From Auanema rhodensis (lineage: Eukaryota; Animalia; Nematoda), in contig OZ059899.1 in the NCBI GenBank assembly GCA_964057225.1, forward strand, positions 17,856,001 to 17,920,000: a stretch of 64,000 bases of DNA, in the 5' to 3' direction. The notes beneath the pieces are model-generated. The model was not told where the DNA came from. It did not search any database and saw nothing but the letters and a program-made list of their open reading frames with translations. Positions within the stretch are counted from its first letter, which is position 1, and every line of letters starts with the position of its first letter. Below are positions 54,851 to 64,000 of this stretch, in pieces. The translations under genes and the position numbers were made by a program.

Positions 54851-57800
54851 TATGTAACTCGCTTCACGTGAAAGATAAAGAGATGCGGTTCTCAAAATTA
54901 GATTCCCCATGTCCATATTAGTCTAAAAACAAATTTTTTTTGATATTGGTGTATGGTAACCATGATTTTGAAATTTACGTGAACTTTAATTTATGCTAAT
55001 TAAACGTACACGTGGTGTGCATTCGGTATGTAACTCGCTTCACGTGAAAGATAAAGAGATGCGGTTTTCAAAATTAGATTCCCCATGTCCATATTAGTCT
55101 AAAAACAAATTTTTTTTGATATTGGTGCATGGTAACCATGACTTTGAAATTTACGTGAACTTTAATTTATGCTAATTAAACGTACACGTGGTGTGCACTC
55201 GGTATGTAACTCGCTTCACGTGAAAGATAAAGAGATGCGGTTCTCAAAATTAGATTCCCCATGTCCATATTAGTCTAAAAACAAATTTTTATTGATATTG
55301 GTGCATGGTAACCATGATTTTGAAATTTACGTGAACTTTAATTTATGCTAATTAAACGTACACGTGGTGTGCACTCGGTATGTAACTCGCTTCACGTGAA
55401 AGATAAAGAGATGCGGTTTTCAAAATTAGATTCCCCATGTCCATATTAGTCTAAAAACAAATTTTTATTGATATTGGTGCATGGTAACCATGACTTTGAA
55501 ATTTACGTGAACTTTAATTTATGCTAATTAAACGTACACGTGGTGTGCACTCGGTATGTAACTCGCTTCACGTGAAAGATAAAGAGATGCGGTTTTCAAA
55601 ATTAGATTCCCCATGTCCATATTAGTCTAAAAACAAATTTTTTTTGATATTGGTGCATGGTAACCATGATTTTGAAATTTACGTGAACTTTAATTTATGC
55701 TAATTAAATGTACACGTGATGTGCACTCGGTATGTAACTCGCTTCACGTGTAAGATAAAGAGATGCGGTTTTCAAAATTAGATTCCCCATGTCCATATTA
55801 GTCTAAAAACAAATTTATATTGATATTGGTGCATGGTAACCATGACTTTGAAATTTACGTGAACTTTAATTTATGCTAATTAAATGTACACGTGGTGTGC
55901 ACTCGGTATGTAACTCGCTTCACGTGAAAGATAAAGAGATGCAGTTATCAAAATTAGATTCCCCATGTCCATATTAGTCTAAAAACAAATTTTTATTGAT
56001 ATTGGTGCATGGTAACCATGACTTTGAAATTTACGTGAACTTTAATTTATGCTAATTAAACGTACACGTGTTGTGCACTCGGTATGTAACTCGCTTCACG
56101 TGGAAGATAAAGAGATGCGGTTTTCAAAATTAGATTCTTCATGTCCATATTAGTCTAAAAACAATTTTTTACTGATATTGGTGCATGGTAACCATGACTT
56201 TGAAATTTACGTAAACTTTAATTTATGCTAATTAAATGTACACGTGGTGTGCACTCGGTATGTAACTCGCTTCACGTGAAAGATAAAGAGATGCAGTTAT
56301 CAAAATTAGATTCCCCATGTCCATATTAGTCTAAAAACAAATTTTTATTGATATTGGTGCATGGTAACCATGACTTTAAAATTTACGTGAACTTTAATTT
56401 ATGCTAATTAAACGTACACGTGATGTGCACTTGGTATGTAACTCGCTTCACGTGAAAGATAAAGAGATGCGGTTTTCAAAATTAGATTCCCCATGTCCAT
56501 ATTAGTCTAAAAACAAATTTTTTTTGATATTGGTGCATGGTAACCATGACTTTGAAATTTACGTGAACTTTAATTTATGCTAATTAAACGTACACGTGGT
56601 GTGCACTCGGTATGTAACTCGCTTCACGTGAAAGATAAAGAGATGCGGTTCTCAAAATTAGATTCCCCATGTCCATATTAGTCTAAAAACAAATTTTTTT
56701 TGATATTGGTGTATGGTAACCATGATTTTGAAATTTACGTGAACTTTAATTTATGCTAATTAAACGTACACGTGGTGTGCATTCGGTATGTAACTCGCTT
56801 CACGTGAAAGATAAAGAGATGCGGTTTTCAAAATTAGATTCCCCATGTCCATATTAGTCTAAAAACAAATTTTTTTTGATATTGGTGCATGGTAACCATG
56901 ACTTTGAAATTTACGTGAACTTTAATTTATGCTAATTAAACGTACACGTGGTGTGCACTCGGTATGTAACTCGCTTCACGTGAAAGATAAAGAGATGCGG
57001 TTCTCAAAATTAGATTCCCCATGTCCATATTAGTCTAAAAACAAATTTTTATTGATATTGGTGCATGGTAACCATGATTTTGAAATTTACGTGAACTTTA
57101 ATTTATGCTAATTAAACGTACACGTGGTGTGCACTCGGTATGTAACTCGCTTCACGTGAAAGATAAAGAGATGCGGTTTTCAAAATTAGATTCCCCATGT
57201 CCATATTAGTCTAAAAACAAATTTTTATTGATATTGGTGCATGGTAACCATGACTTTGAAATTTACGTGAACTTTAATTTATGCTAATTAAACGTACACG
57301 TGGTGTGCACTCGGTATGTAACTCGCTTCACGTGAAAGATAAAGAGATGCGGTTTTCAAAATTAGATTCCCCATGTCCATATTAGTCTAAAAACAAATTT
57401 TTTTTGATATTGGTGCATGGTAACCATGATTTTGAAATTTACGTGAACTTTAATTTATGCTAATTAAATGTACACGTGATGTGCACTCGGTATGTAACTC
57501 GCTTCACGTGTAAGATAAAGAGATGCGGTTTTCAAAATTAGATTCCCCATGTCCATATTAGTCTAAAAACAAATTTATATTGATATTGGTGCATGGTAAC
57601 CATGACTTTGAAATTTACGTGAACTTTAATTTATGCTAATTAAATGTACACGTGGTGTGCACTCGGTATGTAACTCGCTTCACGTGAAAGATAAAGAGAT
57701 GCAGTTATCAAAATTAGATTCCCCATGTCCATATTAGTCTAAAAACAAATTTTTATTGATATTGGTGCATGGTAACCATGACTTTGAAATTTACGTGAAC

Positions 57801-58194
57801 TTTAATTTATGCTAATTAAACGTACACGTGTTGTGCACTCGGTATGTAACTCGCTTCACGTGGAAGATAAAGAGATGCGGTTTTCAAAATTAGATTCTTC
57901 ATGTCCATATTAGTCTAAAAACAATTTTTTACTGATATTGGTGCATGGTAACCATGACTTTGAAATTTACGTAAACTTTAATTTATGCTAATTAAATGTA
58001 CACGTGGTGTGCACTCGGTATGTAACTCGCTTCACGTGAAAGATAAAGAGATGCAGTTATCAAAATTAGATTCCCCATGTCCATATTAGTCTAAAAACAA
58101 ATTTTTATTGATATTGGTGCATGGTAACCATGACTTTGAAATTTACGTGAACTTTAATTTATGCTAATTAAACGTACACGTGATGTGCACTTGG
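54851..58194. repeat. 1760-bp (10-mer) HOR, ~2 copies
   Basis: GTATGGTAAC at 54951/56711, AAATTTATAT at 55811/57571, GTAAACTTTA at 56211/57971. Confidence 0.88.
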
Positions 58195-61100
58195 TATGTA
58201 ACTCGCTTCACGTGAAAGATAAAGAGATGCGGTTTTTAAAATTAGATTCCGCATGTCCATATTAGTCTAAAAACAATTTTTTACTGATATTGGTGCATGG
58301 TAACCATGATTTTGAAATTTACGTGAACTTTAATTTATGCTAATTAAACGTACACGTGGTGTGCACTCGGTATGGAACTCGCTTCACGTGTAAGATAAAG
58401 AGATGCGGTTTTCAAAATTAGATTCCCCATGTCCATATTAGTCTAAAAACAACTTTTTTTTGATATTGGTGCATGGTAACCATGACTTTGAAATTTACGT
58501 GAACTTTAATTTATGCTAATTAAATGTACACGTGGTGTGCACTCGGTATGTAACTCGCTTCACGTGAAAGATAAAGAGATGCGGTTTTCAAAATTAGATT
58601 CCCCATGTCCATATTAGTCTAAAAACAAATTTTTATTGATATTGGTGCATGGTAACCATGACTTTGAATTTTACGTGAACTTTAATTTATGCTAATTAAA
58701 CGTACACGTGGTGTGCACTCGGTATGTAACTCGCTTCACGTGAGAGATAAAGAGATGCGGTTTTCAAAATTAGATTCCCCATGTCCATATTAGTCTAAAA
58801 ACAAATTTTTATTGATATTGGTGCATGGTAACCATGACTTTGAAATTTACGTGAACTTTAATTTATGCTACATAAATGTACACGTGATGTGCACTTGGTA
58901 TGTAACTCGCTTCACGTGAAAGATAAAAAGATGCGGTTTTTAAAATTAGATTCCCCATGTCCATATTAGTCTAAAAACAATTTTTTACTGATATTGGTGC
59001 ATGGTAACCATGACTTTGAAATTTACGTGAACTTTAATTTATGCTAATTAAATGTACACGTGGTGTGCACTCGGTATGTAACTCGCTTCACGTGAAAGAT
59101 AAAGAGATGCAGTTATCAAAATTAGATTCCCCATGTCCATATTAGTCTAAAAACAAATTTTTATTGATATTGGTGCATGGTAACCATGATTTTGAAATTT
59201 ACGTGAACTTTAATTTATGCTAATTAAATGTACACGTGGTGTGCACTCGGTATGTAACTCGCTTCACATGAAAGATAAAGAGATGCGGTTTTCAAAATTA
59301 GATTCCCCATGTCCATATTAGTCTGAAAACAAATTTTTATTGATATTGGTGTATGGTAACCATGACTTTGAAATTTACGTGAACTTTAATTTATGCTAAT
59401 TAAATGTACACGTGGTGTGCACTCGGTATGTAACTCGCTTCACGTGAAAGATAAAGAGATGCGGTTTTCAAAATTAGATTCCCCATGTCCATATTAGTCT
59501 AAAAACAAATTTTTATTGATATTGGTGCATGGTAACCATGACTTTGAAATTTACGTGAACTTTAATTTATGCTAATTAAACGTACACGTGATGTGCACTT
59601 GGTATGTAACTCGCTTCACGTGAAAGATAAAGAGATGCGGTTTTTAAAATTAGATTCCGCATGTCCATATTAGTCTAAAAACAATTTTTTACTGATATTG
59701 GTGCATGGTAACCATGATTTTGAAATTTACGTGAACTTTAATTTATGCTAATTAAACGTACACGTGGTGTGCACTCGGTATGGAACTCGCTTCACGTGTA
59801 AGATAAAGAGATGCGGTTTTCAAAATTAGATTCCCCATGTCCATATTAGTCTAAAAACAACTTTTTTTTGATATTGGTGCATGGTAACCATGACTTTGAA
59901 ATTTACGTGAACTTTAATTTATGCTAATTAAATGTACACGTGGTGTGCACTCGGTATGTAACTCGCTTCACGTGAAAGATAAAGAGATGCGGTTTTCAAA
60001 ATTAGATTCCCCATGTCCATATTAGTCTAAAAACAAATTTTTATTGATATTGGTGCATGGTAACCATGACTTTGAATTTTACGTGAACTTTAATTTATGC
60101 TAATTAAACGTACACGTGGTGTGCACTCGGTATGTAACTCGCTTCACGTGAGAGATAAAGAGATGCGGTTTTCAAAATTAGATTCCCCATGTCCATATTA
60201 GTCTAAAAACAAATTTTTATTGATATTGGTGCATGGTAACCATGACTTTGAAATTTACGTGAACTTTAATTTATGCTACATAAATGTACACGTGATGTGC
60301 ACTTGGTATGTAACTCGCTTCACGTGAAAGATAAAAAGATGCGGTTTTTAAAATTAGATTCCCCATGTCCATATTAGTCTAAAAACAATTTTTTACTGAT
60401 ATTGGTGCATGGTAACCATGACTTTGAAATTTACGTGAACTTTAATTTATGCTAATTAAATGTACACGTGGTGTGCACTCGGTATGTAACTCGCTTCACG
60501 TGAAAGATAAAGAGATGCAGTTATCAAAATTAGATTCCCCATGTCCATATTAGTCTAAAAACAAATTTTTATTGATATTGGTGCATGGTAACCATGATTT
60601 TGAAATTTACGTGAACTTTAATTTATGCTAATTAAATGTACACGTGGTGTGCACTCGGTATGTAACTCGCTTCACATGAAAGATAAAGAGATGCGGTTTT
60701 CAAAATTAGATTCCCCATGTCCATATTAGTCTGAAAACAAATTTTTATTGATATTGGTGTATGGTAACCATGACTTTGAAATTTACGTGAACTTTAATTT
60801 ATGCTAATTAAATGTACACGTGGTGTGCACTCGGTATGTAACTCGCTTCACGTGAAAGATAAAGAGATGCGGTTTTCAAAATTAGATTCCCCATGTCCAT
60901 ATTAGTCTAAAAACAAATTTTTATTGATATTGGTGCATGGTAACCATGACTTTGAAATTTACGTGAACTTTAATTTATGCTAATTAAACGTACACGTGAT
61001 GTGCACTTGGTATGTAACTCGCTTCACGTGAAAGATAAAGAGATGCGGTTTTTAAAATTAGATTCCGCATGTCCATATTAGTCTAAAAACAATTTTTTAC

Positions 61101-61714
61101 TGATATTGGTGCATGGTAACCATGACTTTGAAATTTACGTGAACTTTAATTTATGCTAATTAAATGTACACGTGGTGTGCACTCGGTATGTAACTCGCTT
61201 CACGTGAAAGATAAAGAGATGCAGTTATCAAAATTAGATTCCCCATGTCCATATTAGTCTAAAAACAAATTTTTATTGATATTGGTGCATGGTAACCATG
61301 ACTTTGAAATTTACGTGAACTTTAATTTATGCTAATTAAATGTACACGTGGTGTGCACTCGGTATGTAACTCGCTTCACATGAAAGATAAAGAGATGCGG
61401 TTTTCAAAATTAGATTCCCCATGTCCATATTAGTCTGAAAACAAATTTTTATTGATATTGGTGTATGGTAACCATGACTTTGAAATTTACGTGAACTTTA
61501 ATTTATGCTAATTAAATGTACACGTGGTGTGCACTCGGTATGTAACTCGCTTCACGTGAAAGATAAAGAGATGCGGTTTTCAAAATTAGATTCCCCATGT
61601 CCATATTAGTCTAAAAACAAATTTTTATTGATATTGGTGCATGGTAACCATGACTTTGAAATTTACGTGAACTTTAATTTATGCTAATTAAACGTACACG
61701 TGATGTGCACTTGG
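58195..61714. repeat. 1408-bp (8-mer) HOR, 2 copies plus a 704-bp shortened copy
   Basis: TTCCGCAT at ~58251/59659/61067/61771, TATGGAAC at 58371/59779, TTCACATG at ~59268/60676/61380, GTCTGAAAAC at ~59325/60733/61437. Confidence 0.87.
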
Positions 61715-64000
61715 TATGTAACTCGCTTCACGTGAAAGATAAAGAGATGCGGTTTTTAAAATTAGATTCCGCATGTCCATATTAGTCTAAAAACAATTTT
61801 TTACTGATATTGGTGCATGGTAACCATGATTTTGAAATTTACGTGAACTTTAATTTATGCTAATTAAACGTACACGTGGTGTGCACTCGGTATGTAACTC
61901 GCTTCACGTGTAAGATAAAGAGATGCGGTTTTCAAAATTAGATTCCCCATGTCCATATTAGTCTAAAAACAAATTTTTATTGATATTGGTGCATGGTAAC
62001 CATGATTTTGAAATTTACGTGAACTTTAATTTATGCTAATTAAACGTAGACGTGGTGTGCACTCGGTATGTAACTCGCTTCACGTGTAAGATAAAGAGAT
62101 GCGGTTTTCAAAATTAGATTCCCCATGTCCATATTAGTCTAAAAACAAATTTTTATTGATATTGGTGCATGGTAACCATGACTTTGAAATTTACGTGAAC
62201 TTTAATTTATGCTAATTAAACGTACACGTGGTGTGCACTCGGTATGTAACTCGCTTCACGTGAAAGTTAAAGAGATGCGGTTTTCAAAATTAGATTCCCC
62301 ATGTCCATATTAGTCTAAAAACAACTTTTTTTTGATATTGGTGCATGGTAACCATGACTTTGAAATTTACGTGAACTTTAATTTATGCTAATTGAATGTA
62401 CACGTGGTGTGCACTCGGTATGTAACTCGCTTCACGTGAAAGATAAAGAGATGCGGTTTTCAAAATTAGATTCCCCATGTCCATATTAGTCTAAAAACAA
62501 ATTTTTATTGATATTGGTGCATGGTAACCATGACTTTGAATTTTACGTGAACTTTAATTTATGCTAATTAAACGTACACGTGGTGTGCACTCGGTATGTA
62601 ACTCGCTTCACGTGAAAGATAAAGAGATGCGGTTTTCAAAATTAGATTCCCCATGTCCATATTAGTCTAAAAACAAATTTTTATTGATATTGGTGCATGG
62701 TACCATGATTTTGAAATTTACGTGAACTTTAATTTATGCTAATTAAACGTACACGTGGTGTGCACTCGGTATGTAACTCGCTTCACGTGAAAGATAAAGA
62801 GATGCGGTTTCTAAAATTAGATTCCCCATGTCCATATTAGTCTAAAAACAATTTTTTACTGATATTGGTGCATGGTAACCATGATTTTGAAATTTACGTG
62901 AACTTTAATTTATGCTAATTAAACGTACACGTGGTGTGCACTCGGTATGTAACTCGCTTCACGTGAAAGATAAAAAGATGCGGTTTTCAAAATTAGATTC
63001 CCCATGTCCATATTAGTCTAAAAACAAATTTTTATTGATATTGGTGCATGGTACCATGATTTTGAAATTTACGTGAACTTTAATTTATGCTAATTAAACG
63101 TACACGTGGTGTGCACTCGGTATGTAACTCGCTTCACGTGAAAGATAAAAAGATGCGGTTTTCAAAATTAGATTCCCCATGTCCATATTAGTCTAAAAAC
63201 AAATTTTTATTGATATTGGTGCATGGTACCATGATTTTGAAATTTACGTGAACTTTAATTTATGCTAATTAAACGTACACGTGGTGTGCACTCGGTATGT
63301 AACTCGCTTCACGTGAAAGATAAAGAGATGCGGTTTTCAAAATTAGATTCCCCATGTCCATATTAGTCTAAAAACAAATTTTTTTTGATATTGGTGCATG
63401 GTAACCATGACTTTGAAATTTACGTGAACTTTAATTTATGCTAATTAAACGTACACGTGGTGTGCACTCGGTATGTAACTCGCTTCACGTGTAAGATAAA
63501 GAGATGCGGTTTTCAAAATTAGATTCCCCATGTCCATATTAGTCTAAAAACAAATTTTTATTGATATTGGTGCATGGTAACCATGATTTTGAAATTTACG
63601 TGAACTTTAATTTATGCTAATTAAACGTACACGTGATGTGCACTTGGTATGTAACTCGCTTCACGTGAAAGATAAAGAGATGCGGTTTTTAAAATTAGAT
63701 TCCCCATGTCCATATTAGTCTAAAAACAATTGTTTACTGATATTGGTGCATGGTAACCATGATTTTGAAATTTACGTGAACTTTAATTTATGCTAATTAA
63801 ACGTACACGTGATGTGCACTTAGTATGTAACTCGCTTCACGTGAAAGATAAAGAGATGCGGTTTTTAAAATTAGATTCCCCATGTCCATATTAGTCTAAA
63901 AACAAATTTTTATTGATATTGGTGCATGGTAACCATGACTTTTAAATTTACGTGAACTTTAATTTATGCTACATAAATGTACACGTGATGTGCACTTGGT

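Larger units (their letters stand above)
17884..64000. repeat. 176-bp tandem satellite array (263 monomers; runs to the right window edge)
   Basis: Unit TATGTAACTCGCTTCACGTGAAAG...GTGCACTYGG repeats every 176 bp (TCGCTTCACG at 17891, 18067...). Total length closes exactly at 263 units after 4x(-45), 6x(+2) and 3x(-1) indels. ~32% GC. Confidence 0.99.

Noticed and set aside
1-64000. CRISPR array or other repeat-spacer system
   Set aside because: The palindromic motifs are separated by near-identical sequence rather than unique spacers, and there are no cas genes.
17884-64000. Assignment to a known satellite (alpha satellite, Arabidopsis CEN178, Brassica CentBr, Apis AluI; Drosophila 1.688 for the 351-bp unit)
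   Set aside because: Only the lengths are similar. I recognise no sequence match, and the 176-bp unit lacks AGCT/AAGCTT sites. A database search is needed.
1-64000. Tandem 5S rRNA, tRNA, snRNA or spliced-leader gene arrays
   Set aside because: No recognisable conserved RNA sequence, cloverleaf or Pol III A/B/C boxes in either unit.

Overview
The window is entirely non-coding, AT-rich (~32% GC) eukaryotic satellite DNA, with no credible genes, RNA genes, transposase or CRISPR. Two head-to-tail tandem arrays are fused directly. The first is a 351-bp satellite (1-17888, ~51 monomers, no net indels). The second is a 176-bp satellite (17884-64000, 263 monomers, including four 131-bp, six 178-bp and three 175-bp variants). 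The junction has no spacer or degraded zone. It falls on a shared ATGTA microhomology inside the loop of a hairpin of the 351-bp unit. Both monomers are rich in dyad symmetry and have roughly mono-/di-nucleosome lengths (351 = 2x176-1). Next to the junction the 176-bp array is a strict 352-bp A/B dimer. Diagnostic variants show nested higher-order repeats (HORs) up to a ~8.2-kb tandem duplication. The 63-aa ORFs are a by-product of the 351-bp repeat. A centromeric or pericentromeric location is inferred, not shown, and I cannot assign the organism or a named satellite family.
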